Source: Armatimonadota bacterium (GTDB taxonomy: Bacteria > Armatimonadota > UBA5829 > DSUL01). Taken from it: a stretch of 64,000 bases of DNA. The DNA is taken from assembly GCA_039811685.1 (NCBI GenBank), contig JBDHZC010000002.1:544001-608000 (forward strand), given 5' to 3'. The translations under genes were made by a program, and so were the position numbers. The number at the start of each line of letters is the position of its first letter. Positions within the stretch are counted from its first letter, which is position 1. Shown in pieces: positions 41,551-52,192 of this stretch. The notes under the pieces are model-generated. The model ran no database searches, had not been told where the DNA came from, and worked only from the letters and a program-made list of their open reading frames with translations.

Positions 41551-43140
41551 ATGAGCAAGGGTTCTTTCGCCCGGGCGGCGGGCATCATGGTGATCGCGGT
41601 TTTCCTCAGCCGCGTACTGGGTCTCGTCCGCGAATCTATTATTGCCGCGCAGTTTGGCCAGTCAGCAGCGACCGACGTCTATCAGGCGGCTTTTAAGATT
41701 CCCGATCTCCTCTACTTCATGATTGCGGGCGGGGCGCTCTCCAGCGCGTTTGTCCCGGTCTTTACAGACTATTTGACCAAAGGAAAAGACGAAGAAGCCT
41801 GGCGCATCTACAGCACAGTGGCAACGTCCATGGGGCTGGTGATAACCGTCTTTATCATTCTCGGAGAGATCTTTGCCCGCCATTTGGTGCCGGTGCTGGC
41901 GGCCCCTGGATTCCAACCTCACGAGCTGGATCAGACGGCCTATTTGACGCGCATTCTCCTTCCCGCCCAGTTCTGTTTTTTCATTGGCGGTCTGACGATG
42001 GGCACTCTCTACGCGCGCAAGCAGTTTTTCATTCCGGCGCTCGGACCGATAATCTACAACCTTGGCATCATCTGGGGGGGCATCTTCCTCGCGCATCGCT
42101 TTGGAATCGTCGGGCTCACAATTGGCGCGTTGGTTGGCGCGGTCACCGGCAATTTTCTACTCCAGATATGGTACAGTTCGCGTCTGGGTATTCGGTTCCA
42201 ACTGTGTCTGGACTTCAAACACCCCGGTGTGAAGCAGGTGTTCGCGCTGATGCTGCCGGTGATTCTGGGATTGTCTCTGGTGCAGGTGGATTTTCTTATC
42301 AATAGCTGGTTTGCGAGCTTCCTTCCGGCAGGCTCTCTTTCGGCTCTGGGGTACGCCAACCGCCTGATGCAGCTTCCGCTTGGTATTTTTGGACAGGCCG
42401 CCGGAATCGCCGCGTTACCCGCGCTCTCGGCTCTGGCGTCGGCTGAGAAGTGGGAAGAATATCGCGACACGCTCAGCTTTGGAGTGCGCTCTGTCTTTTT
42501 CTTCACGATCCCATCCAGCCTGCTGATGATGGTGCTGGCGCGTCCGTTGATAGCGCTCATGTTTCAGGCTGGTGAGTTCACCTCTGAAGACACCGTGCAC
42601 GCGTCGGTAGCCATGATTTACTACGCAATAGGAATCTTCGCGTGGGGAGGCCAGGCGCTTATCGCGCGGGGTTTCTATGCGCTTCAGGACACACGCACAC
42701 CCGTCATCATCGGGACAATCATGACCGCTATCTTCATTCCATTGAACTGGATTCTGATGAAGCTCATGGGTCACGGAGGGCTGGCTCTGGCGACCTCAAT
42801 TATGGCCATTCTCTACTTGATCGCCATCTCTTACGTGCTGGCCCGGCGGGTCAAAGGTATAGGCGCGTGGCGCATTATCAACTCAACGACTCGCATCACG
42901 ATCGCCTCCGTATTGTGTGCCGCCGTGGCCGTGATTACAGCGAAGGTGACAGGTGGGCGCTTCAACCCCGAAAATACACTCACGGTTAAGCTGGCTGCGG
43001 CGGTGCAGCTTCTGCCAGGGCTGCTTGCTGGAAGCGTCGCCTACATAGCGGCGTGCGTGGCTCTGAGAGTGGAGGAGACGCAACTCTTCTTTGGAATGCT
43101 GAGGCGGAAACTGCGAAAAACGTCCCGCGCCGCTGCCTGA
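41551..43140 (+). CDS. murJ: Lipid II flippase MurJ/MviN
   Basis: SRVLGLVRE, AFKIPD, GALSSAFVPVF, YANRLMQLPLG, FYALQDTRTP. Confidence 0.96.
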   Translation: MSKGSFARAAGIMVIAVFLSRVLGLVRESIIAAQFGQSAATDVYQAAFKIPDLLYFMIAGGALSSAFVPVFTDYLTKGKDEEAWRIYSTVATSMGLVITVFIILGEIFARHLVPVLAAPGFQPHELDQTAYLTRILLPAQFCFFIGGLTMGTLYARKQFFIPALGPIIYNLGIIWGGIFLAHRFGIVGLTIGALVGAVTGNFLLQIWYSSRLGIRFQLCLDFKHPGVKQVFALMLPVILGLSLVQVDFLINSWFASFLPAGSLSALGYANRLMQLPLGIFGQAAGIAALPALSALASAEKWEEYRDTLSFGVRSVFFFTIPSSLLMMVLARPLIALMFQAGEFTSEDTVHASVAMIYYAIGIFAWGGQALIARGFYALQDTRTPVIIGTIMTAIFIPLNWILMKLMGHGGLALATSIMAILYLIAISYVLARRVKGIGAWRIINSTTRITIASVLCAAVAVITAKVTGGRFNPENTLTVKLAAAVQLLPGLLAGSVAYIAACVALRVEETQLFFGMLRRKLRKTSRAAA

Positions 43141-43228
43141 AGGAGCGCCTTTCTTTGCCAGAGACACACACCGTATTCCCGGCGGTTCAGAATCAAGAAC
43201 ACCGGCGAATTGAAGATCTTCCGGGCGG

Positions 43229-44137
43229 TCAGGTCTGAAGAGCGTCCAGCGGACGGCTGCGATCTGAGAGGGCGACCCCTGCGAGAACAATCGCTACGCC
43301 GGCGAGTTGGACTGCGGTTGGCTTCTCCCCCAGTATGGCTGCGGAGAAAATCAGCCCGAAAACCGGAATCAGATAGAAGCACAGTGAAGCCCGCGCAGCG
43401 CCAAGCTCATGCAGGCCACGATGCCAGAGTAAATTGCCTATGACTGTGGCGGCCAGGCTCATGTAGAATACCGCCACCCAGAAGCCTGTAGTCAGAGAAG
43501 CCGGTGGTACGTCTGGAAGCGCGGGGAGAGCAAGGATTATCAGCAGCGGCGTGCCCACATAGCACGAATAGGCCGTCAACTCCAGCGCAGATAATCTCTC
43601 CAGCGCTTTCTTGCCCGTGACTGTGAAGATCGACCAGAGTAGCGCCCCAAGAACAAAAAAAGCATCTCCGAGTAGTCTTTCGCTACCGGTTGAGACCGAC
43701 GTGAGCGCCCCGTAAAACACCAGCGCCTGCCCACCCAGAGCCAGCGCAAGTCCCAGAACGCGCCCGCGGGTGACCTGCTCTTTGAATACCAGCACTGACG
43801 CCCACAGCGTGAAGATGGGATTGAGCGTGGGGATGATCATCGCTCCGTCCGCCGCCGGGGCCCAGTGCAGAGCGTAGTAGAGGACCAGGTTGTAAAGGAG
43901 AATGCCGGATATCCCGGGCGCAAGAGCGGCTCTCAGCTTCCAGAGCGAAAGTGGTTCCCTGCGGACCGCGCCTGCACTCAGGAAGACCGCGCTTGCGATG
44001 CCAAAGCGAAGAGCCGGCACGATGACTGGTGGGACACTACGAACGGACAGCCGGCCCGCAGGCCACATCCCGCCCCAAAGCGCTGCGGCGATCACAAGCT
44101 CCAGAACGGGAAGTGTGCTACGGGTCTCTTTTTTCAA
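43229..44137 (-). CDS. DMT/EamA family transporter
   Basis: Ten TMs, LWG, ILGEKPT..QLAG. Confidence 0.92.
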   Translation of the reverse strand: MKKETRSTLPVLELVIAAALWGGMWPAGRLSVRSVPPVIVPALRFGIASAVFLSAGAVRREPLSLWKLRAALAPGISGILLYNLVLYYALHWAPAADGAMIIPTLNPIFTLWASVLVFKEQVTRGRVLGLALALGGQALVFYGALTSVSTGSERLLGDAFFVLGALLWSIFTVTGKKALERLSALELTAYSCYVGTPLLIILALPALPDVPPASLTTGFWVAVFYMSLAATVIGNLLWHRGLHELGAARASLCFYLIPVFGLIFSAAILGEKPTAVQLAGVAIVLAGVALSDRSRPLDALQT

Positions 44138-44201
44138 ATGCCAGGCTCCGGGGCAGATCTGTGACTGCGCCTGCCTCGCCTGTTCTCAACCATCGGGGGC
44201 G

Positions 44202-45083
44202 CTATTCGGCCTCGATCACTCCTCGCAGATGGTCGGCGTCTCTTCTGAGCACCTCTCGCCACTCGGCCTCAGGAAAGCGCCCGAGCGATTCATCCTCCAG
44301 ACACAGGTCTCCGGCGTAGCCAGCGCTCTTGAGGATGCGCACGACTTTGAAGTGGTCAATGTCGCCGTCTGGAAGCGGGCAGACGTATTCACCATATCCC
44401 CAGCCCATCTCCCGCTGTGTTTGCTGCAGCTCTGCCGGGTAGGCTATGTTCTTGGCGTGCGTGTGCTTAGTTCTGGCGGCGAAATGCTCGATTATTTCAT
44501 ACACCTTGTCCAGAGGGTGTCCCCACCAGTAGAAGTTGCCGGTATCCAGGGTGAGTCCGAGGCGCGGTGAGTCCACGGCATTCAACACATTGTCCAGAAA
44601 CTCCGGCGTGTTGCCCTGAAAGCCGTGGTTTTCAATTCCAAGCTCGACGATGTGATAGTCTGTACTGTCGAGAACGCGGCGCATGCATTCGGCGAAGCGC
44701 TGAACACGCTGATCGAGAGGCAGCTCTTTCTCCCCCGTCATGACAGCGTCAATGCGGATGGCAGGAATAGCCAGAGCCGCCGCCGCGTTCACCACGCTGA
44801 TGACCCAGTTGACTTCGGCCTCAACGTCATCGCGGTTGAAGTCGTTATGAAGGAGAAACGCGCTGGCGCGTGTGCTGTGTTGTCCCAGATGCTCAGCAAA
44901 AGCTTCAATAGCGGCCTGTGAATCAAGCGTCGCATGGGTTTGTCCGCCGTCTGGCTCCACCAGGTGAACACTCATATCCCGTGATACTTCCAACTCCACG
45001 GCATCCATGGAAAGCGCGTTCAGCGCCTCACGAATTGTCGGCCACCCCTGCAGGGCAATCGCATCTCTAATCGAAGCGTACAT
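44202..45083 (-). CDS. Sugar phosphate isomerase/epimerase (AP endonuclease 2 TIM barrel)
   Basis: GIENHG, LDTGNF, HAKN, GDGDID-like, CLEDE. Confidence 0.88.
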   Translation of the reverse strand: MYASIRDAIALQGWPTIREALNALSMDAVELEVSRDMSVHLVEPDGGQTHATLDSQAAIEAFAEHLGQHSTRASAFLLHNDFNRDDVEAEVNWVISVVNAAAALAIPAIRIDAVMTGEKELPLDQRVQRFAECMRRVLDSTDYHIVELGIENHGFQGNTPEFLDNVLNAVDSPRLGLTLDTGNFYWWGHPLDKVYEIIEHFAARTKHTHAKNIAYPAELQQTQREMGWGYGEYVCPLPDGDIDHFKVVRILKSAGYAGDLCLEDESLGRFPEAEWREVLRRDADHLRGVIEAE

Positions 45084-45317
45084 TGAGACTTTCCTTTACT
45101 TAACACATTAGGCCAGGCGCTGCGCTGAGCAGACCCGCGCCCCGGCTCCTGAATAGCGTGTTCTTCGGCCGCAAAGCCCTCTCCTGCCTTTGAGCCGACA
45201 GAGCAAGAAGGCTCTCGCGCGTTTTGCGAATCCTGTGCTCGAAGCGGTATACTCGCACAGACAACCTGGCAACCCCCGGAGGGTGCGCCCACTCAACTCT
45301 CGGAGACAACAGTACGC

Positions 45318-45458
45318 GTGAAAAAAGAAGAAGAGCGGCTTGAAGACGGCAGGCGGATTCTGTTTTTCAGCTTTGAGGACGAACAGCAAAGCGACGAATC
45401 CGACGAGCAAAGCTCAGCGGCGGACGCTGCAGCCCTTGATGAGAACTCTGCGCCATGA
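45318..45458 (+). CDS. 46-aa micro-ORF coupled to galT; resembles the N-terminal LxDGRxIx(F/Y) segment of actinobacterial-type GalT
   Basis: MKKEEERLEDGRRILFFSFEDEQQ...; its stop overlaps the galT start (ATGA). Confidence 0.6.
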   Translation: MKKEEERLEDGRRILFFSFEDEQQSDESDEQSSAADAAALDENSAP

Positions 45459-46435
45459 GCGAACTGAGATGGCATCCCATTCTGGGTGAATGGGTGATTA
45501 CCGCAACCCACCGGCAGAACCGGACGTTTCTGCCTCCAGATGACTTCTGCCCTTTGTGCCCGACCAAATCCGGAGCCTTCCCCACAGAAGTCCCGCGAGA
45601 AGACTACGACATTGTCGTCTTCGAGAATCGCTTTCCCTCGCTTCAGCACCCGGCGCCACCTCCAGCGGTGGATTCCAGGGGTTTTTCACCCGTAAAGCCG
45701 GCAGAGGGCATTTGCGAGGTCGTCCTGTACTCTTCGCGTCACGATTCTACCCTGGCTCAGATGCCCGTGCGCCAGATACACAAGCTGATCCGCGTCTGGC
45801 AGGATCGCTTTATGGAACTGGGTTCTCTGGAGTTTGTGGACTACGTCTATATCTTCGAGAACAAGGGTAAGGAGATTGGGGTCACGCTGACGCACCCTCA
45901 CGGCCAGATCTACGCGTATTCGTTCATCCCGCCAAGGATGCGGGACCGCCGCGAGAGCTTCCAGCGCTACTACGCAGAGAAGGGATCGTGCATGCTGTGC
46001 GACATTCTGAGCTCTGAGCTAGAGGAGGGAACCCGGATTGTCACCCAGACAGACGCCTTTGTCGCTTACGTCCCATTCTATGCGCGCTACCCCTACGAAG
46101 TGCACGTTGCGCCGCGCCGCCACGATGAGGGGCTCGGGATTCTCACTGAACAGACCTCAGCGGACCTGGCGCACATTCTGAAAACTGTGCTTCTCAAATA
46201 TGACGGACTGTGGGGGTTCTCGCTGCCGTACATCATGAATCTGTATCCACAACCCACCGACGGCGGAGACGACCCCGGCTGGCACTTTCAGATTGAGTTC
46301 TACCCGCCTTACCGCACCCCGCAGAAGTTGAAATATCTGGCGGGATCGGAAAGCGGCGCGGGCAGCTTCATCAACGACAACCTTCCGGAGACGATGGCGG
46401 AGCAGTTGCGAAATGTGGAGGTGGGGCTGTTGTGA
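45455..46435 (+). CDS. galT: Galactose-1-phosphate uridylyltransferase
   Basis: ELRWHP, CPLCP, FENRFPS, FENKG..GVTLTHPHGQ, KYLAGSE. Confidence 0.95.
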   Translation: MSELRWHPILGEWVITATHRQNRTFLPPDDFCPLCPTKSGAFPTEVPREDYDIVVFENRFPSLQHPAPPPAVDSRGFSPVKPAEGICEVVLYSSRHDSTLAQMPVRQIHKLIRVWQDRFMELGSLEFVDYVYIFENKGKEIGVTLTHPHGQIYAYSFIPPRMRDRRESFQRYYAEKGSCMLCDILSSELEEGTRIVTQTDAFVAYVPFYARYPYEVHVAPRRHDEGLGILTEQTSADLAHILKTVLLKYDGLWGFSLPYIMNLYPQPTDGGDDPGWHFQIEFYPPYRTPQKLKYLAGSESGAGSFINDNLPETMAEQLRNVEVGLL

Positions 46436-46836
46436 GCGGAGCTGAAGTGCGCGGCACAAAGACGGCTGCGATCGTCGCCTCTGTTGCAGCGGCGGTTCTG
46501 GCGCCGTTTATCGCCTGGCGCACCGGTGATTCGTACGGCGCCTATCTTGCCCTGGACGCTCTGGCCGGCGCTGTGACGGGAGCCCTCACGGCTGCCCTGG
46601 TGAGCGCTCTGGTGAAGAGGCTGCGCACGACAGGCTATGTTCTGGCGATCGGTGTTCTGGTCGTGCTGCTGGTGCTCACGGGTTATCTGGCTACGTCAAC
46701 AGACTATATGGCAGTGGCGGTGACAATCGCCTTTCTTGCGCCGGTCTATGCGCTGTCCGTTATGATCAGCTGCGCTCTAATTCGTCCAGTCCGCCCGGAC
46801 AAAGCCCGCTCGAAGGCTTCCGAGACCAACGACTGA
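46432..46836 (+). CDS. Hypothetical 4-TM membrane protein
   Basis: GTGA overlap with galT; hydrophobic helices. Confidence 0.7.
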   Translation: MSGAEVRGTKTAAIVASVAAAVLAPFIAWRTGDSYGAYLALDALAGAVTGALTAALVSALVKRLRTTGYVLAIGVLVVLLVLTGYLATSTDYMAVAVTIAFLAPVYALSVMISCALIRPVRPDKARSKASETND

Positions 46837-47074
46837 ACTGTGGAGCGCCACGCGCGTACGCGGGCGTGAACCGTATCCTGACCTCGAGCATCCGACGCTC
46901 CCGCTTCGTCTGCGCTCTGAAAGATCCATACAAGATCTGGTATTTTTCAGCCTAGCGCGCTATTGTTTCCTCATCTGATTTGAAGGATACTGCCGCACAG
47001 GTCATCTAACCCAACAGACGCGCAAAAAAGAGTGCACTCGGCGCGTTCGGGAGGATGACGCCTCGCGCAGCGAC

Positions 47075-47746
47075 ATGCACACCTGGCACTTGCAGGCTGA
47101 CAGAACAACAGGAATCGGGAGATTGCCCGGGCATACAACTGAGTCCCTCGGGACACTTTCAACTGATACGCGGGACGCTTTGCTGGTAAAGCAGGCGCAG
47201 GAAGGCGACGCGGACGCATTCGGGCAACTCGTGCGCCGTCACGAGCGAAGCGTCTATGCCATCGCATCCCGTATGACTGCGTCTCAGGATGAGGCGGAAG
47301 ATGTCACTCAGGAGGTCTTTGTGCAGGCCTGGAAGTCTATCTGCAGATTTCGCGGAGACTCACAGTTCAGCACATGGCTGCACACGATCGCAGTCAACGC
47401 GACGCTGAAGCGTCTGCACTATCTGAGACGCCGGCGCACGCTTTCTACAGACGACCCCAATCTGGGTCTGGCAGAGCAGATTTCTGGAGACAGCTTGAAC
47501 GAACCCCTGGACAAAGCATTTTCTGCGCATACGAAAGAAGCCGTCCGAAGAGCGCTCTCCAGGCTGTCGGACAACCACCGCATGGCCGTGACACTGCACT
47601 ATTTCGAGGACTACAACTGCGACGAGATCGCCCGGATGATGCGCTGTTCCGTAGGGACGGTGTGGTCTCGTCTGCACTATGCGTGCAGGAAACTGAAAGT
47701 GGAGCTGGCATCTGCGGAGGCGGCTGGAGTGGAGCAGACAAAATGA
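47075..47746 (+). CDS. ECF sigma-70 family sigma factor
   Basis: GDADAFGQLV, AEDVTQEVF, FSTWLHTIAVN, EIA....SVGTVWSRL. Start uncertain. Confidence 0.93.
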   Translation: MHTWHLQADRTTGIGRLPGHTTESLGTLSTDTRDALLVKQAQEGDADAFGQLVRRHERSVYAIASRMTASQDEAEDVTQEVFVQAWKSICRFRGDSQFSTWLHTIAVNATLKRLHYLRRRRTLSTDDPNLGLAEQISGDSLNEPLDKAFSAHTKEAVRRALSRLSDNHRMAVTLHYFEDYNCDEIARMMRCSVGTVWSRLHYACRKLKVELASAEAAGVEQTK

Positions 47747-48768
47747 CAGGTTGCCGAAAAGCTCAAAAGCTGCTTCTAAGACATTCAGAGGGTGATCTGG
47801 AAACGCGAGAGTCGCGGTGGCTGGAGACGCATCTGGAGCAGTGCGCGGGCTGCGCCAGAGATCTTGATGAGATACTCGAAGTGCGCGGCGTCCTGCTCTC
47901 GGTGAAGTCTCCCGCACCGGAACCTTCTGAAGACCTCCACGGCCGGGTTATGAGCGCGGTTCGCGCTCACACTTCTCCACCTGCGCAGCAAAGGCGGTCT
48001 TTTCCGGGGTTGCTGCGGCCTTCCTGGACCCTTGCGACAACAGGCGTAGCCGTACTCGTGGTCATTGCCGGGTATCTCCACATTTTGCCTGGCCTGCAGG
48101 TCGAAACTCACGACCAGGCGCAGACCACCGGGGCGGAAGTCCAGCGTGGGCGCGTCCTGCGGCAAGAGGAAGCGACTCCAAAGCTCGCCAAACCGTCACA
48201 TTCAACCGCGATGCAGGCCCCGCAGCCAGAGACTGCGCCGATGACTAAGGCAGCCTCAGGTGCGCCGCACACTGCCGATCAGCGGCCACGTCAGAAACAG
48301 CCGTTCATCCAGAACAAACCGAAGCCGTCTCCCGGTCTTGACAAAGCAAAGTCGGCACAGAGTACGCCGCCTGAGACGCCCTCACCTTCACCTACCGGGA
48401 GGTTTCGACAATACACAGACTCCCTTGAGGAAATGGGAGTGCCCACGAGACGAGATCAAGACAAGCCGTTGAGCTTTGCAGACGGGCACGCTGCAAAAGC
48501 CCGCGCGACGGTGGAAGCAGCCCCCGCGATAGATGCTGCCGGCACTCTCGCAAAGCCAGGGCTTGACAATCTGAGTGGAGACAGCCTGTCGTTCCACTCC
48601 ACACGGGATGAGCCTTCCGCAGGCTTTCCGCTTGCCTTAGCTCCGGCACAGTCCACAGGCGAGCGTTTCCTGGGCAAGGCAAAGGACGATCCGGAACGCA
48701 GCGCAGACGCGGTTGAGATGGTTTACAGCTCGATAGAGGAGAGGGCAAAGTCCCTTTTTACGTACTGA
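47743..48768 (+). CDS. Zinc-binding anti-sigma factor (zf-HC2) with TM and low-complexity C-terminus
   Basis: HLEQCAGC (HxxxCxxC); overlaps the sigma factor stop. Confidence 0.85.
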   Translation: MTGCRKAQKLLLRHSEGDLETRESRWLETHLEQCAGCARDLDEILEVRGVLLSVKSPAPEPSEDLHGRVMSAVRAHTSPPAQQRRSFPGLLRPSWTLATTGVAVLVVIAGYLHILPGLQVETHDQAQTTGAEVQRGRVLRQEEATPKLAKPSHSTAMQAPQPETAPMTKAASGAPHTADQRPRQKQPFIQNKPKPSPGLDKAKSAQSTPPETPSPSPTGRFRQYTDSLEEMGVPTRRDQDKPLSFADGHAAKARATVEAAPAIDAAGTLAKPGLDNLSGDSLSFHSTRDEPSAGFPLALAPAQSTGERFLGKAKDDPERSADAVEMVYSSIEERAKSLFTY

Positions 48769-50462
48769 TGACTATTCAAACTAGCAGGCTTCAGAGACTC
48801 CTGGTTGTGGTAAGTGTGATGTTTGGTCTGGCGGTAAATGCCTGTGCTGGAGCGCTTCCATCGCGCGGGCTGGCGCAGTTCAACAGCGGAGACTACTTCG
48901 GCGCTGTAAGGTCTTTGACACAGGAGTGCGCCAGGAACCCGTCTGATACGGGTCTTCGGCTCAGTCTGGCGGTAGCGCTGTTGCAGGTGAAAGACTTTGA
49001 GCGCGCCCGCGCCGCGCTTGACCGCGTTATTCAGATGGCGCCGGGCGCGGAAATCGTCCGCACTCTGCGCGCGAGCGCTGTTTCGTCCCAGGATAACAGC
49101 GCTAAGCGCACTGCCTCGAATCCGGGCGCTCCAAGGTACACATTCGCTCCGGCGGACGGGTCTATTGCAGCGCTGACGCTGGCGGCAATGGCGCATCCTG
49201 ACAGCGCCGCTGTGGCGAACCTCCTGGGCGATGCGTACCAGATGGCTCCCAACACCGCCAAAGCAGAGGAGTGGTACAGTAAAGCGACCGCGCTTGCGCC
49301 GGCCTGGAGCAAGCCCCGAATCGGCCTTGCGCTGGCGCTTCTGGACACTGAGCCTGCCCGCGCTGCCAGTCTCCTGGAGCAGGTTCTGACCAGTGAGCCT
49401 TCGAACGCTCAGGCGCGGTTGTGGCTGGGGGATGCGTACGCGGCTCTGGGCAGGCGGGAGGAGGCCATCGCAGCCTACCGTCTGGCGGACAAAGATTTGC
49501 AGACACGGTCTGATGCGCTGGTGCGACTGGGGACGATACTTCTGCGAAAGGATCGTCTGTCTGAAGCTGAGCAGATCTTTCAGGATGCGCTAAGAGATGA
49601 CCCGTCCAACCCGGCGGCTCAGGCCGGAACAGCGCAGGTTCTAGCTCTGCAAAAAAAGCCCGACCGCGCCCTCCAGGCAATGGAACAGGCGCAGACCGCT
49701 TCACAGACGGCTTCTCCGCAGCGGCAATCGGCAGTACTGAGCAACCTTGCGATTGTCGCAGCCAACAAAGGAGATTACGGCGAAGGGGAGCGTTACTTTG
49801 AGGCCGCCATACGAATTGACCCGGATCGGCAGTCCATTTACCGCCAGATGGCGGAGATGTACAGGCAGGCGGGAACACTGGATCAGAACAACCGGTTGCG
49901 GGAAAACTGGCTGAAGAGCAGACCCAACGACACGCGAAGCCTGCGCTACCTTGTAGAAGGCTACGAACTGAGTGGAAATACCGTGGAGGAGATCCGGGTC
50001 CTGCAGGTCCTGATTGAGAGTCTGGCCGCGAAAGACCGGTCGAGCCTGCGGTCAGTGAAAACGAGACTGGCTGGCCTCTACTGGGGCGATGGGCAGAAGC
50101 ACGAAGCTTTTCAGACGTGGCTGAGCGCAGTGGATACGGGTTATCCAACGTGGACCGTCGCCATCGCGCAGTCTATTCTGGCTCTCGACGGGGCAGCGCC
50201 GTATGTGGAGGAGCATCTGATCTCATTGAGAAGCTCACGAGAGGCCTGCCACCTCTCCTTTGCGATCAGCATGCGCCAGGGCCACTTTGACGCGGCGTTG
50301 AAAGCGCTCGATGACGTTATCTCGCGCGATCCGGAAAACAGTACGCTCTACGGCCAGAAGTCCTTTCTGCTACGAAGCATGGGGCGTCCGGAAGAGGCTG
50401 ACGATCTGGAACGGGCGCACATGCCTGCCAAAGTCAAAGATGAGAGCGGCCTCTCCAAATAG
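48768..50462 (+). CDS. Secreted TPR-repeat protein
   Basis: Signal peptide and many TPR motifs; coupled to the anti-sigma gene. Confidence 0.85.
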   Translation: MTIQTSRLQRLLVVVSVMFGLAVNACAGALPSRGLAQFNSGDYFGAVRSLTQECARNPSDTGLRLSLAVALLQVKDFERARAALDRVIQMAPGAEIVRTLRASAVSSQDNSAKRTASNPGAPRYTFAPADGSIAALTLAAMAHPDSAAVANLLGDAYQMAPNTAKAEEWYSKATALAPAWSKPRIGLALALLDTEPARAASLLEQVLTSEPSNAQARLWLGDAYAALGRREEAIAAYRLADKDLQTRSDALVRLGTILLRKDRLSEAEQIFQDALRDDPSNPAAQAGTAQVLALQKKPDRALQAMEQAQTASQTASPQRQSAVLSNLAIVAANKGDYGEGERYFEAAIRIDPDRQSIYRQMAEMYRQAGTLDQNNRLRENWLKSRPNDTRSLRYLVEGYELSGNTVEEIRVLQVLIESLAAKDRSSLRSVKTRLAGLYWGDGQKHEAFQTWLSAVDTGYPTWTVAIAQSILALDGAAPYVEEHLISLRSSREACHLSFAISMRQGHFDAALKALDDVISRDPENSTLYGQKSFLLRSMGRPEEADDLERAHMPAKVKDESGLSK

Positions 50463-50575
50463 CGCGCCTGTGTATGACTTTTCTGGCTGAGCCTGACCAG
50501 AGTGAGCGCAGGCGGGCTGGCTTTGTGGCTGCTCTACTGGTAGGATTCTACTTCTTCGGCTAAAACTCTGGTGTT

Positions 50576-52171
50576 ATGAGTACACCTTCCCTCACGCGGT
50601 GGAGCACCTCCGACCCACAGCTTGACGCGCTCTGGCGGCGCGTCGTTATTGGAACAGTGCAGGATTTCGGTCTTCGGGACCTGGACAGCCAGATTGTCAC
50701 TCTTGGTCCAGCGTGGCTGCGCGACCATGTGCACGAGCTCAAGGGTTACAAGTACTTCGGCTATGATATGGCCAGCGGCCTGGAGTTCTTTTTTCGGCAT
50801 CAGTTTGAGGACGGGCAGTTCCCGGACTTCTTCGTGCCGACAGGCGACCAGCATGTCCCGTTTGTGACAGATGAGTTCAAGCGTGTAGACAATGCGCACG
50901 GGCAGGTGTACATGCGGATTCCCGTTGAGGCCGATCTGGAATACCTGGCGGTGGAGGGCGTCTATCAGGCGTGGAAAGCCAGTGGCAACGCGGAATGGCT
51001 GCGAAACCAGATGCCCGCTCTGGAGCGGGGACTCCACTACCTCACCACCGATCGCTACCGCTGGAACACCGAGCATCAGCTTGTTATGCGTCCGCACACC
51101 GTGGACACGTGGGACTTCACGTTTTTCTACAGCGACGATCACTTCCTGACAAACTGCGAGATACGGCGGCTGGACGACTCCACCCCGATGGCTATCTTCC
51201 ACGGCGACAACAGCGGGCTTTACAGCGCCTATCATATGATGGCAACGCTTTACAGGGCGCTGGGACAGGACAGGGAGGCCGAGGCGCAGCTTACGCAGGC
51301 GGAGGAGTTGAAAGAGCGCGCAAATCGCCTGCTGTGGGGTGACGGCTTCTACATTCACATGCTCCATCTGGACGAGGAGACGAAGAAGAAGTATCCTGAC
51401 GAAGCCTCGCGGCTCTCACTGAGTAACCCTTACGATATCAACCGCGGGTTCACTTCGCACGAACAGGCGGTGTCCATTATTGACGCTTACCAGAATCGCT
51501 GGGAAGCCAATCGGGACCGCTATTTCACGGAGTGGTTCACCATAGATCCGCCCTACAACGAACAGATTGCTTTCTTCCAGCCGTACGAATACGTCAACGG
51601 CGGGCTTTTCGCGACAGTTGGCGGAGAGTTGGCCAAAGCCGCCTTCCGGCACGGGCGGGAGGAGTACGGCGTGGATCTGTTGCGCCGGTACTACTCGGTG
51701 ATCAAAGACCGGAATAACATCGGCTTTATGTTCTACGCGGACGGACGTGAATACGGGGGCGGTCCGGTTGGCTGGTGCGGCGCAGCTTACATCTCTGCGC
51801 TTATGGAAGGCCTGGCTGGCATTGAAGATCACGGATCTGGCTTCGAAGACGTCACGATCAGTCCACGATGGATGGCGGCGGGAGTCAGCACCGCCTCCAT
51901 TGAAGCGCGCTATCCGGCAAGCGGCGCCCGGCTGGCTGTGGACTATGAGTATGACGTGATTTCGATTTCGCTGAAAATACAGGGAGACTGCGAGTCTGTC
52001 TCACTGAATGTGCTTCTGCCCGAGAGCCGTGACGTCGAAAAATTGTACGTCAATGGCCAAAGCGTGGAGTACAGCGTGGCAACAGTGGAAAATAGTAGAT
52101 ATCTTCAGGCAAAGCTGCCTGCGGACATAAAGTACACCGAAGGCGCGCAAGTCGTCGTCGAAGTCATGTGA
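50576..52171 (+). CDS. Six-hairpin (alpha/alpha)6 glycosidase-like protein
   Basis: AWLRDH, VDTWD, A..LKE..N..LW..GFY, YVNGG; C-terminal beta domain. Confidence 0.7.
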   Translation: MSTPSLTRWSTSDPQLDALWRRVVIGTVQDFGLRDLDSQIVTLGPAWLRDHVHELKGYKYFGYDMASGLEFFFRHQFEDGQFPDFFVPTGDQHVPFVTDEFKRVDNAHGQVYMRIPVEADLEYLAVEGVYQAWKASGNAEWLRNQMPALERGLHYLTTDRYRWNTEHQLVMRPHTVDTWDFTFFYSDDHFLTNCEIRRLDDSTPMAIFHGDNSGLYSAYHMMATLYRALGQDREAEAQLTQAEELKERANRLLWGDGFYIHMLHLDEETKKKYPDEASRLSLSNPYDINRGFTSHEQAVSIIDAYQNRWEANRDRYFTEWFTIDPPYNEQIAFFQPYEYVNGGLFATVGGELAKAAFRHGREEYGVDLLRRYYSVIKDRNNIGFMFYADGREYGGGPVGWCGAAYISALMEGLAGIEDHGSGFEDVTISPRWMAAGVSTASIEARYPASGARLAVDYEYDVISISLKIQGDCESVSLNVLLPESRDVEKLYVNGQSVEYSVATVENSRYLQAKLPADIKYTEGAQVVVEVM

Positions 52172-52192
52172 GAGGAGGAAACCGAGCACACA

